DNA of 64,000 nt from Ignavibacteria bacterium (GTDB taxonomy: Bacteria; Bacteroidota; Ignavibacteria; UBA10030; SZUA-254), in the NCBI GenBank assembly GCA_016178595.1, contig JACOSY010000016.1, positions 38,151 to 102,150 on the forward strand, given 5' to 3'. Under the pieces are notes generated by a model. That model made no database searches. It worked only from the letters and a program-made list of their open reading frames with translations, and was not told the origin of the DNA. Every line of letters begins with the position of its first letter. The stretch's first letter is position 1. Position numbers and translations under genes: made by a program. Of this stretch, positions 26,636 to 36,115 are shown one piece after another.

Positions 26636-29398
26636 TCAGGGATGCCACCAATACGCCAGTTTGATAAGAAAAACGTCATCGTGATCTGGTGCGGTGAGCA
26701 TGTCACGAAAATCCCGACTGAAGCTAAAATCACCCGGATGATCACCGCTTGTGCTACCCCGTGTCCACACAAAGTAGGCTGTCGAGCCGGGTAAATATTC
26801 CCACCGTACGACGGCGTTCACACGGAGAGATTTGAAGTTGAAATCGGGATTGGAAATCTTAAACGGAACTGCCGATCCTTCTGTATTTCCATCGGGATCG
26901 ACAACGTAATCGCCCTGATAGACCTGAGTAGTATCAGTCGGATAATTCGGGTCGAAGACGACTTGAAAATCGTGATCTGCTCGATCGATTGTCGAACCAT
27001 TGTCCTTGCCGTAACGATTAAAACTGTACATCCCGGGCTGTTTCAGCTCCTTGAATTCATTATATCGCCCTACTGAAATCAGCGGCTGGAGAAACAACTG
27101 GAGCGTCAGCTTCGGAGTGAATGTCCAATCGAGACGGATACTTGCAGATACTTCCTGCAAATCAAGCTTGCCGAAGACATAGCGCGCGCCATATGTTCGG
27201 GTCGCCGCAGGGTCATCCTGATTCATCACCCACTGCGCAATCGTCACGTCGTGGTTGATTTCCGGAAAGAGACTGAGGCTCACACCGGACGCCGGTTTCC
27301 ACCCGATGCCGGGATCGAGCGTAACACGATAGCCGCCCGACTCGCTCCGCGCAGCGGAAATTCCCAAATTATAGATCAGGGAATTGCGCGAATCGGTCGA
27401 CCCGTAGATTCCGCTGTTGTAAAGATTCGTCGTCTTCATGATAGGACCGCCGCGCGTATTACGAGGATCAAGGATGGCAGGACTGAAATTGAAGTTCCCA
27501 TTCACATTCCAATAGTTCATAAATTGTGCGTTGTAAAAAAGGAAATATCCTTCACCGGTCTTCTCGCCGGCGTAATCGAAATTCCGAAACGTCGCAAGAT
27601 TGAATCCCTTCCTGCGGAAGATGCCATCCGGATCGTACCATGAGTATCCGAGAACGAGATGCGCATTGATAACGTTTGTGCGGAACAAATAGCCGAGGTC
27701 GTTTGAATCAAATCCGGGCGAGATGGTTCCCACTGCCGCATTCAAGTACGTATTCCCTTTCTGCTTGTTGAGAGCGACGCGGCCGGCATACCCTGAGAGC
27801 GATGTTGCGCTGGAATCCAGGTGGACTTCCGTTGCATCCGGGCGTTGAAAGTAATGAAGAGGATTCTCTTGCAGGGCAAGAATGCGATCGGACGTCCCCT
27901 GTACTCGCGATGTTGAAAACCAACTGGTAACCACAAACTCACCCTTACTATCGAGGTTCGTCCACCCGTCCATGCCCAGCGCAAACGACTGGTGGTTGAA
28001 GTTATCGACAAGATAGGGTTGATCGAAATCTCTGAGCGTTGCCGTGCCGATGAAGCCGATGGCCTGCTTTCCTTCATTAAACTCACGCAGACTGCGAATA
28101 ACATTGTAGGAAGCGAGCGGCTCGACAATATCGGAATAGCGATGACCCGCGGTATCCTCTACGGTAGCGTGTTCACGGACGGTAACAGCGTGCATACTGC
28201 CGAGCGACCACCCCTCGGCAATTTTTCCAGTGATCTTTGCTGCGCCCAGGATTCGCGTTGCATCAGGGTAATCAACGAATCCATCATGCTGGACATCACC
28301 GCGGGGTGGCCTACCTATGCGTCGGCTATAAAAATACTCGGGATTCCCGAAGTTGAAACCCCAATTGTTGTTCGCTCCGCCGTAACCAAAATCGAAAAAG
28401 TTCGAGCCTTCGATAAAGAATGGCCGCTTCTCCTGAAAGAACGTCTCGAACTGTGTAAGATTCACGACGGCGGGATCGACCTCGACCTGACCGAAGTCCG
28501 GATTGATCGTCGCATTGAGTGTGAGATTGCTTCCAAGACCATACTTGATGTCGACACCTGTATTGCTTGAAAGGATACTGCCATCATTGAAGGGATTGCC
28601 ATCGGTGAATTGATTGGTGAAGTGTTGTTTCGCGACGACGTACGGCAAGACTTCGAGCTTCGTCGGTGGATTGATGTTCTTCAGTCCTACAAGATCGGCA
28701 AACCGTGAAACCCAGCCGCTTTCTTTCTTCGGCACCATCACAAAGTCGTCCCGCTCCTTGTTGCGTTCAATGCTGCGAATAAAGTTGACTCCCCACACAT
28801 ATTCGTCTTGTTTGGGAAACCGAAGCTGTGAGTAAGGAATCTTCATTTCCACGGTCCAGCCTTTGTCGTCAATCTTCGATGCGGCATCCCACACTCCATC
28901 CCACGTGTTATCATCCCACGAGTCGTTGAAGAGAATGCCATCGGAGATAGCGCCGCCTGCATACACACCAAAGTAGAAACCCGTTCGGCGATCATGGTAG
29001 GAATCGATGCCCACGTAGAACCAATCCGAGCTGAGGTCGGCATCACGCCGGCCGATCCGCGTGACGATGGAATCAGGGTGGGTATCGTACATCCGTGCGG
29101 CAACGTAGATCGCTTCGTCATCGTATGCTATCCACACCTCGGTCTTCTGACTCGGCTGCGACCCTTCGATCGGATCGCGCTGAGTAAAATTGGCAGCACC
29201 GGGCCGCTGCCACTCACCCTCCGAAAGAACTCCATCAACCTTGATTGGATTCGTGACACGTACGGCCTCGATAATTGGACGTGCCTTGGCAGTATCGGCA
29301 ACACCGTCGGCACTTTCGGTCCGGCTATATCCGTATCTATTGAAGGAGATGCCTATGCTCAGGAATATAACGAAGGGTAGGAGAACGTTATGTTTCAT
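26636..29398 (-). CDS. DUF5916 / CBM9-like domain outer-membrane-associated protein
   Basis: A signal peptide from MKHNVLLPF is present. The N-terminal VDG...EW...D..A carbohydrate-binding-like domain is followed by a large beta-rich region, and the protein is 920 aa. Confidence 0.5.
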   Translation of the reverse strand: MKHNVLLPFVIFLSIGISFNRYGYSRTESADGVADTAKARPIIEAVRVTNPIKVDGVLSEGEWQRPGAANFTQRDPIEGSQPSQKTEVWIAYDDEAIYVAARMYDTHPDSIVTRIGRRDADLSSDWFYVGIDSYHDRRTGFYFGVYAGGAISDGILFNDSWDDNTWDGVWDAASKIDDKGWTVEMKIPYSQLRFPKQDEYVWGVNFIRSIERNKERDDFVMVPKKESGWVSRFADLVGLKNINPPTKLEVLPYVVAKQHFTNQFTDGNPFNDGSILSSNTGVDIKYGLGSNLTLNATINPDFGQVEVDPAVVNLTQFETFFQEKRPFFIEGSNFFDFGYGGANNNWGFNFGNPEYFYSRRIGRPPRGDVQHDGFVDYPDATRILGAAKITGKIAEGWSLGSMHAVTVREHATVEDTAGHRYSDIVEPLASYNVIRSLREFNEGKQAIGFIGTATLRDFDQPYLVDNFNHQSFALGMDGWTNLDSKGEFVVTSWFSTSRVQGTSDRILALQENPLHYFQRPDATEVHLDSSATSLSGYAGRVALNKQKGNTYLNAAVGTISPGFDSNDLGYLFRTNVINAHLVLGYSWYDPDGIFRRKGFNLATFRNFDYAGEKTGEGYFLFYNAQFMNYWNVNGNFNFSPAILDPRNTRGGPIMKTTNLYNSGIYGSTDSRNSLIYNLGISAARSESGGYRVTLDPGIGWKPASGVSLSLFPEINHDVTIAQWVMNQDDPAATRTYGARYVFGKLDLQEVSASIRLDWTFTPKLTLQLFLQPLISVGRYNEFKELKQPGMYSFNRYGKDNGSTIDRADHDFQVVFDPNYPTDTTQVYQGDYVVDPDGNTEGSAVPFKISNPDFNFKSLRVNAVVRWEYLPGSTAYFVWTRGSTSGDHPGDFSFSRDFRDMLTAPDHDDVFLIKLAYWWHP

Positions 29399-29598
29399 AT
29401 GAAGCAGCTCGTTACTTAGTGGCGGTTGGAAACATTGTATTAGACGGCAAGCGATGGAAAAGGTTGCTCTGTTGCTTCGTCTACAATCGGTAGGACATGC
29501 GAGTCGAACGTTCGGTTGACGTACTTGCATCTTTCTGAAAAAATCCTCATATTTTGCCTTCAAATGCAATAATCTTGTTTATTTTTTACTGTTAAACA

Positions 29599-30552
29599 AT
29601 GTCCGTTCTCGTCAGCAACCTTTCCAAGTACTACGGTGACGCCAAAGCAGTCGATGATATTTCTTTTGAGGTTCATTCGGGAGAGATTCTCGGCTTCTTA
29701 GGTCCAAACGGTGCCGGTAAGACCACGACGATGCGAATCATCACCAGTTATCATTCTCCGAGTTCTGGGACGATCAAAGTGGAGGGGCGCGATGTCCTTA
29801 CGGAGTCTCTCGAAGTTCGCAAACTGGTTGGTTACCTGCCCGAACAGAATCCGCTGTACCTCGACATGAATGTACTGGAGTACCTCGAGTATGCTGCACA
29901 ACTCCAGGGCGTCACCAAGACAATGATTCCCCAACGCATGAGGGAGATGGTCGGTGTCTGCGGACTTGGCGACATGAAACACAAGGACATCGGGCAGCTC
30001 TCGAAGGGTTACCGGCAACGCGTCGGGCTTGCTGCAGCGATGATCCATGATCCGAGAGTGCTCATCCTTGATGAGCCAACGAGCGGTCTCGATCCGAATC
30101 AAATTGTCGAGATTCGAAGTTTAATTCAGGATCTCGGCAAGCAGAAAACTGTCGTTCTCTCGACGCACATTTTGCCGGAAGTTCAGGCAACGTGCGATCG
30201 CGTCGTCATCATCAACCGCGGTAAGATTGTTGCCGATGGTCCCATTGCCGACTTGCAGCGAAATCTCCATGGTGGTGAAAAGATTGTGCTCGAAATTGAA
30301 GTCCCGGACGGCCAGTCCTTTGATATGGTCTCCGTCCAGGTGAAAAACATTCCTGCTATTGCCACTGTTTCCCTTATCGACGAGCGAAACGGCGTGAAGA
30401 GATTCAGTGTCGAGACCACCCAAGCCATCGATATCCGCCGCGATCTCTTCCAGCTCTGCGTGCAGAAAGGATGGGGCTTACTGGAGCTCCATCGCGAGCA
30501 GACGAGCTTGGAAGACATCTTCCGTCAACTTACATCCAATTCAGCACGATGA
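29599..30552 (+). CDS. gldA: ABC transporter ATP-binding protein (GldA-like)
   Basis: Walker A GPNGAGKTT, signature LSKGYRQRVGLA and Walker B LILDEPTSGLD are present. It is followed by GldF- and GldG-like genes. Confidence 0.75.
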   Translation: MSVLVSNLSKYYGDAKAVDDISFEVHSGEILGFLGPNGAGKTTTMRIITSYHSPSSGTIKVEGRDVLTESLEVRKLVGYLPEQNPLYLDMNVLEYLEYAAQLQGVTKTMIPQRMREMVGVCGLGDMKHKDIGQLSKGYRQRVGLAAAMIHDPRVLILDEPTSGLDPNQIVEIRSLIQDLGKQKTVVLSTHILPEVQATCDRVVIINRGKIVADGPIADLQRNLHGGEKIVLEIEVPDGQSFDMVSVQVKNIPAIATVSLIDERNGVKRFSVETTQAIDIRRDLFQLCVQKGWGLLELHREQTSLEDIFRQLTSNSAR

Positions 30553-31265
30553 ATCTTAACAACATCAAGTCGATCCTCCGGAAGGAATTGAGATCGTTCT
30601 TCAATTCCCCGGTCGCATACATTGTCATCATTGTCTATCTCATTCTCCTGGGGTGGTTTTTTACGAGCAATCTCTTCGTCTACAACCTTGCGACGCTGCG
30701 CACGGTGTTCGAAATGACGCCGTTTCTCCTTCTCTTTTTCGCGCCGGCAATGACGATGCGCTTGATTTCCGAGGAGAAGAAGTCCGGAACCCTTGAGCTT
30801 CTCATAACAAAGCCGATCACAGAATCGGAAATCATCACGGGAAAATTCCTTGCGGCCTGGACGCTGTACTTCTTTACCCTCCTGCCGACACTGAGTTATT
30901 ATATAACCCTGACAATTCTCGGGAGTCTGGATACCGGTTCAGTCATCGGCGGATACCTCGGGCTCCTCCTTGTCGGTGCGGTATTTCTCGCGGTCAGTGT
31001 TTTCGGCTCCTCGGTCACCGAAAACCAGGTGGTTGCCTTCATCATCAGTCTCTTCATTGTGTTTATCTTGTTCATGCTGGACAAAGTTCTTTTCTATCTT
31101 CCGACATCGGTTGCGACAATTCTCGAGTACATCAGTATCGATTATCACTTCTCGAACATCGCGCGCGGCGTTATCGATTCGCGCGACATTATTTACTACG
31201 CCTCTGCTGTTGGACTGTCGCTCTATTTTGCGACGGCCGTCCTACAGAAACGACGGTGGGCGTGA
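30549..31265 (+). CDS. gldF: ABC-2 type permease (GldF-like)
   Basis: The start at MNLNNIKS overlaps the ATPase stop (ATGA). It has six TM helices. Confidence 0.7.
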   Translation: MNLNNIKSILRKELRSFFNSPVAYIVIIVYLILLGWFFTSNLFVYNLATLRTVFEMTPFLLLFFAPAMTMRLISEEKKSGTLELLITKPITESEIITGKFLAAWTLYFFTLLPTLSYYITLTILGSLDTGSVIGGYLGLLLVGAVFLAVSVFGSSVTENQVVAFIISLFIVFILFMLDKVLFYLPTSVATILEYISIDYHFSNIARGVIDSRDIIYYASAVGLSLYFATAVLQKRRWA

Positions 31266-31273
31266 AGGAGAGC

Positions 31274-32857
31274 ATGATGAAGAAACAACAGCTCGTTCTC
31301 CGCACACTTCTGATTATCGGCGTCATCGTTTTGGTGAACGTACTTGCACTTCGGTTTTTCACGCGCCTCGACCTCACGCAGGATAAGATTTTCACTCTTT
31401 CGGATGCCAGCAAGAACCTCGTCAAGTCGCTCGATGACAAGTTTCTTGTCAAAGCGTACTTCACATCTGATCTCCCGCCGGAGTACGCAAATAACCGCCG
31501 CTACTTGAAAGATCAACTGGACGAATACCGCGCCTACGGCGGCGGTAATTTTCAGTACGAGTTCATCGATCCGTCGAAGAAAGAAGAGCTGGAGCAGGAA
31601 GCACAGCGCTATGGTGTTCCCCCTGTCCAAGTACAAGTCTTAAAGCAGGATAAGCTGCAGGTAGAAAAAGCGTACATGGGCCTCGTCTTTCTCTACGGCG
31701 ACAAGCAAGAGCGGTTGCCGGTCATCCAATCGACCGCGAACCTGGAGTACGAGATCAGTTCTGCAGCCAAGAAACTTACTTCGAAGGAGCTGAAGAAGAT
31801 TGGATTCCTCACCGGCCATGGCGAACCGGGTCTCCAGCAGATGAGCCACTTCCAGGAAATGCTTTCCAAACAGTACATGGTGACGACAGTCGATCTATCG
31901 AGCGGCAAACCAATTCCTGACGATATAGCTGCGCTGCTCATCATCGCTCCGGACAAACCATTGAAGAGTTGGGAGAAATTTTTGATCGATCAGTACATCA
32001 TGAAAGGCGGCAAGGCAGGCTTTTGGCTCAACAAAGTAAGCGCGACATTACAGATGCAGATGGGACGCGCTCTCGATCTGCAACTCGACGATTTGCTGGA
32101 GAGTTACGGTGTTCGCATCAACACCGATCTGATACGAGATGTAAGCTGTGCGTACGTCAATGTGCAACAGCAAGCAGGTTTCATGGTTATCCAAAACCAA
32201 GTGCCCTTCTATTATCTCCCACAGGCAAGCGACTTCGATCAATCGAGTCCTATTGTCAAGGATCTTCGTTCCATCGTACTATACTTTGCAAGCTCTATCG
32301 ATACGAGCTTGGCACGATCCAAAGGTCTGAGTACCCATGTGCTTGTCAAGTCTTCGAAGCGAAGTGGACGACAAGAGAATGTCTTTCTCATCAGTGCGGG
32401 CATGCAGCCGGCTGCCGACCAGTTCAAGGAATCCGGCATTCCGCTGTGCGTCACTGTTGAAGGCGCTTTCCCGAGTGCGTTCGGCAATAAGCCTGTCGGC
32501 GCCGATTCTTCCGTTCGGGCTTCAATCGACACGACGAATAAACTGCCGACCGGGAAACTCTCCAAGATTGTTGTCATCGGGGATGGCGATTTCATTCAGG
32601 ATCAGCTCGCGGGAAACAAAGACAACTTCCTCCTCGCGAGTAATCTTGTCGACTGGCTCGCCGATGATATTGGCCTTGCCTCGATCCGGGCTCGCGATTC
32701 AGGCAGCAAGCCTCTTGATGAAATCTCCGAGGGCGCGAAAAATTGGGTCAAGGGAATTAATCTTGCTGTTCCACCACTTCTCGTTGTCCTTGTCGGCATG
32801 GTGCGCTGGCGATGGCGGATCGCAATGCGGAAGCGACTCGAAACGAAGGGATTGTAG
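31274..32857 (+). CDS. gldG: GldG-like ABC-transporter-associated protein
   Basis: N- and C-terminal TM anchors flank a large periplasmic domain. The start is taken at MMKKQQ, after a GGAGA Shine-Dalgarno-like sequence. Confidence 0.65.
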   Translation: MMKKQQLVLRTLLIIGVIVLVNVLALRFFTRLDLTQDKIFTLSDASKNLVKSLDDKFLVKAYFTSDLPPEYANNRRYLKDQLDEYRAYGGGNFQYEFIDPSKKEELEQEAQRYGVPPVQVQVLKQDKLQVEKAYMGLVFLYGDKQERLPVIQSTANLEYEISSAAKKLTSKELKKIGFLTGHGEPGLQQMSHFQEMLSKQYMVTTVDLSSGKPIPDDIAALLIIAPDKPLKSWEKFLIDQYIMKGGKAGFWLNKVSATLQMQMGRALDLQLDDLLESYGVRINTDLIRDVSCAYVNVQQQAGFMVIQNQVPFYYLPQASDFDQSSPIVKDLRSIVLYFASSIDTSLARSKGLSTHVLVKSSKRSGRQENVFLISAGMQPAADQFKESGIPLCVTVEGAFPSAFGNKPVGADSSVRASIDTTNKLPTGKLSKIVVIGDGDFIQDQLAGNKDNFLLASNLVDWLADDIGLASIRARDSGSKPLDEISEGAKNWVKGINLAVPPLLVVLVGMVRWRWRIAMRKRLETKGL

Positions 32858-32874
32858 ATTTTCGAAAGAGGCGT

Positions 32875-34290
32875 ATGATGAATCGATCAACGGTGTTCCT
32901 TGTCGGCTTACTGCTCGTCCTTGGCGTCATTGTTTTCTTCCTTCTTCCCGGAGAAGGAGAGCGAGAATCAAGCTACAAGCCGGGAGAAATTCACTTCACG
33001 GTCGATTCCTCGTCCACTCTCAAGATCGAGATCCAGCGACCTGGGAAATCGGTAACGCTGGAAAATGTTGGCGGCAAGTGGACGATCACGTCGCCCATTC
33101 TCTATGCTGCAGATCAGAATACCGTGCACCAACTTCTTAGTGGATTATCCAAGTTCAAGGCAGGCAGCCTCATCTCCTCCAACCCCGAAAAGCAGAGTCT
33201 CTTCCAAGTCGACAGCAGCGGCACGAAACTGACCGTCACCGATCGATCCGGTACGATCACGAGCTTTATTATCGGCAAGATGGGCCCGTCCTTCTCCGAA
33301 GTTTACTTCCGTCTACCAAACTCGAAAGATGTCTATCTCGGTCAAGGCGCCGATACGTGGACATTCAGCAAGGAGGTGAAGGACTGGCGCGACAAGTCGA
33401 TCGTCTCCACGCCATCGGAGGTAATTCAAGGTTTGACGTATACCGTTGGTTCGAAGCAGTACGCATTCCACAAAGACAGCATGGGGTGGAAGTCGGGCGA
33501 AAAGACGCTTGATGCGAACACCATGAATCCGGTGCTCAATACTCTTGCCAGCCTTCGCGCTGATGACTTTGTGGACACGGCGATGAGAATCGACTCTCAC
33601 CCAATTTCACTCCGCATTAACGGCAGTGAGGATGTCACGTTAAACTTTTATCCTTCGCTCCCCGACTCGGCGCGCTACTACGTTCAGCGTGGAAAAGCAA
33701 ACCAATTCTTTGTTATCAACAAATTTACCGCTCAGCAGCTTCTCAAGCCGATCGAACAGCCTAGCGTTGCGTCGCACATCGCCGCAACAAGTCCGGCAAA
33801 GGAACCACCATCATCCAAACCGATTCCAATGCCTGCTCCGCCTCCGATCGTACAAAAGAAGGAGACTCCGAAACAGGCTCCTCCGGCAACAACGACCACC
33901 ATTGCAAAAAAGGAACCGCCGAAGAAAGAGACACCGAAAATAGTTTCCGAAGCCGTGCAGAAGAACCAGGAATCGCCCGCAGCGAATACATCGAGAACGC
34001 CGCCAAAGAAACAGCCTGCACGAGTAAAGCCGGACGAGAGAACCCAACCGACGGCGACGAACACAGCATCTCCAAAGCAAGAACAGCCCAAGCGAACTCC
34101 CACAGGCAAAGCGTCGCCGGGCACAGAGGATGAAGGCGATCTCACCGTCTATTCAGTCAAGAGCGGTGAGACGATGACGACGATTGCAAGGAAGTTTAAC
34201 GTCTCCGTTGAACAGATTCTCAAATGGAATCTTCTGAAATCGATTGCCGTTAAACCGGGACAGGAACTCTACATTTACGTGAAAAAGTAG
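32875..34290 (+). CDS. DUF4340-like protein with Pro/Lys-rich linker and C-terminal LysM domain
   Basis: An N-terminal TM segment is followed by a DUF4340-like region and about 110 aa of low-complexity P/K/T-rich sequence. The last 45 aa form a LysM domain (YSVKSGETMTTIARKFNVSVEQILKWN). Confidence 0.6.
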   Translation: MMNRSTVFLVGLLLVLGVIVFFLLPGEGERESSYKPGEIHFTVDSSSTLKIEIQRPGKSVTLENVGGKWTITSPILYAADQNTVHQLLSGLSKFKAGSLISSNPEKQSLFQVDSSGTKLTVTDRSGTITSFIIGKMGPSFSEVYFRLPNSKDVYLGQGADTWTFSKEVKDWRDKSIVSTPSEVIQGLTYTVGSKQYAFHKDSMGWKSGEKTLDANTMNPVLNTLASLRADDFVDTAMRIDSHPISLRINGSEDVTLNFYPSLPDSARYYVQRGKANQFFVINKFTAQQLLKPIEQPSVASHIAATSPAKEPPSSKPIPMPAPPPIVQKKETPKQAPPATTTTIAKKEPPKKETPKIVSEAVQKNQESPAANTSRTPPKKQPARVKPDERTQPTATNTASPKQEQPKRTPTGKASPGTEDEGDLTVYSVKSGETMTTIARKFNVSVEQILKWNLLKSIAVKPGQELYIYVKK

Positions 34291-34381
34291 CAACATCCAC
34301 TCGACCAGTTTTCTCGTATACGTTCTGAGGTCGGTTGGTCTCTCGAATTACCAAACAATAATTATAGGAAGGAGTATCTCC

Positions 34382-34798
34382 ATGCGAAATATCATTGGTG
34401 TTCTTGTCGCACTCTTGGTCGTTTCTTATACGACGATCGCCCTCGCAGCCGACAAAAAGGGTGAGAAAAAGGAAAAGGAAACAACAGTTCGGGGTGAAGT
34501 TGTTGACGTTTCCTGTTATCTCGCCCACGGGAAGAATGGCATGGGCGATGAACACAAGTCGTGCGCTGAAGCATGTGCAAAAGCCGGCGGCCCGCTTGGC
34601 ATTCTTACGAAGGATGGAAAACTGTATGTCTCCGTCATGCCAGACGATCACCAGGCCGGACCGAATGCAAAGCTCGTCGATCATATTGCGCATGAGGTTG
34701 AAGCGACCGGCAAAGTTCGCTCCAAGAACGGCGTCAACGGCATGATGATTATGGATGTGAAGATGGTTGAAGGAGAAAGCAAAGACGCGCACAAGTAG
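34382..34798 (+). CDS. Hypothetical secreted Cys/His-rich small protein
   Basis: A signal peptide is followed by a C-x9-H-x2-C-x3-C-like CYLAHG...HKSCAEAC motif. Confidence 0.4.
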   Translation: MRNIIGVLVALLVVSYTTIALAADKKGEKKEKETTVRGEVVDVSCYLAHGKNGMGDEHKSCAEACAKAGGPLGILTKDGKLYVSVMPDDHQAGPNAKLVDHIAHEVEATGKVRSKNGVNGMMIMDVKMVEGESKDAHK

Positions 34799-34824
34799 TT
34801 GCCGAATGCTCTTCGGCGAAATGC

Positions 34825-34857
34825 AAAACCCCGCTCGTTATGAAGCGGGGGTTTTTG
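34825..34857. terminator. Bidirectional rho-independent terminator (CCCCGCT-loop-AGCGGGG flanked by A-run and T-run)
   Basis: The stem-loop is followed by GTTTTT and lies between convergent genes. Confidence 0.6.
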
Positions 34858-34879
34858 TGCCAGTCTCGGGTTGCGGTCG

Positions 34880-35770
34880 TCAATCGGTGACGATCACAAG
34901 GTACGAATCCTGCCAAAAGTTTTTGGGCTCTACAATTTTCAGGATCGACTGACTTCCATCGTACTTCGTCGCCGTATAGAACCGTTCATTTCTTTGGGGA
35001 ATGATCTCGCTGATCGGCGCATTCACTTCGATCGTCGCACTTTCGGTCTTGTTGATCGGCTTGAAGGACGAAGCATCGAAACCGTTCTTCAGCACCGTTG
35101 TTGATCCGAGCCAGCCCCAGAGGAACCCGCCCTCTCTCGCGATAATCCCCTTCTGCTCAAGTTCATCCCGCCTGCCGATGATGTAGTAGGCGGTGATGAG
35201 GTGGTAATGCTGGTTGTCGATGAGATTGTTTTGATTCCCGATGACCGAGTCACGCTGCGCGACCAGTTTGGTCTTCTCGGTGAGCTGTGTTTCGAGACCG
35301 CGCACTTTTGTTTCAAGCTCTGCAATCGCCTGTTCACGCTCTTCGACGGCTTGCTTGAGGTTTGCGACCATGCGTTGCAGACCGGCAAAACGTGAGCGAT
35401 AGGAACTGACTTTCTTTTCCAATCCGGCGATTTGTTCCTCGTTACTCTTGAGGGTCGAATCAATGAGCGATATCTCTTTCAGGAGACGCTCCCGCACATC
35501 CCGACTGGTAAGTTTCTTTGCACCCTCCAGACCGGTCGTCTCGCGGAGGATTTTCTTCTCCTTGGAGTGAACCCCTTCGATAGTGTTATACACATCATTA
35601 ATCGCCGTCATTACGCTTTCAACATATGCATCCCGCGACACCATTTCTTGATTGAGCTCATCGGCTTTCTTTTGCAATTCGGCGTTTCGCTTTTCGAGTT
35701 CCTCCGATTGGTAATTACAGCCTCCGACGATCAAAGACAGAACAACGGCAAAACCGCATACGACTCTCAT
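34880..35770 (-). CDS. Coiled-coil lipoprotein
   Basis: A lipobox LIVGGC follows MRVV. It has a long heptad-rich region and a C-terminal globular domain. Confidence 0.45.
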   Translation of the reverse strand: MRVVCGFAVVLSLIVGGCNYQSEELEKRNAELQKKADELNQEMVSRDAYVESVMTAINDVYNTIEGVHSKEKKILRETTGLEGAKKLTSRDVRERLLKEISLIDSTLKSNEEQIAGLEKKVSSYRSRFAGLQRMVANLKQAVEEREQAIAELETKVRGLETQLTEKTKLVAQRDSVIGNQNNLIDNQHYHLITAYYIIGRRDELEQKGIIAREGGFLWGWLGSTTVLKNGFDASSFKPINKTESATIEVNAPISEIIPQRNERFYTATKYDGSQSILKIVEPKNFWQDSYLVIVTD

Positions 35771-36115
35771 TGATACGCTCCAGAAAAAATGATACATACT
35801 CACGAGTAATTGTAGCGCTACGATGCTTCATCACTGCCATTCCTGCGAGAAGACCTTCAACGCCACCTAAATTACACTGCCAATATACAAGAATTTTTGG
35901 CAGATGTGGAGGTCTGCGACAACCGACACCTCGACATAGAAAGTAACACATCTCGTCTCTCTCCTGCAATTCTCTCTTGCTATAGAACACACAATAAGAT
36001 CCAATCTCGTCAGAAATTAGCGAGAACCATGGATTTTCCCTCATTGCTTCTCAGGCATTTTTCACGTATATTTAATACAGTTTATACCACCATTTTACAA
36101 AAGGTTACCGTCACC

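Noticed and set aside
33689-34145. Arg- and Gly-rich ORFs on both strands inside the Pro/Lys-rich linker of the DUF4340-LysM gene
   Set aside because: They are repeat-driven artefacts of the low-complexity coding region.
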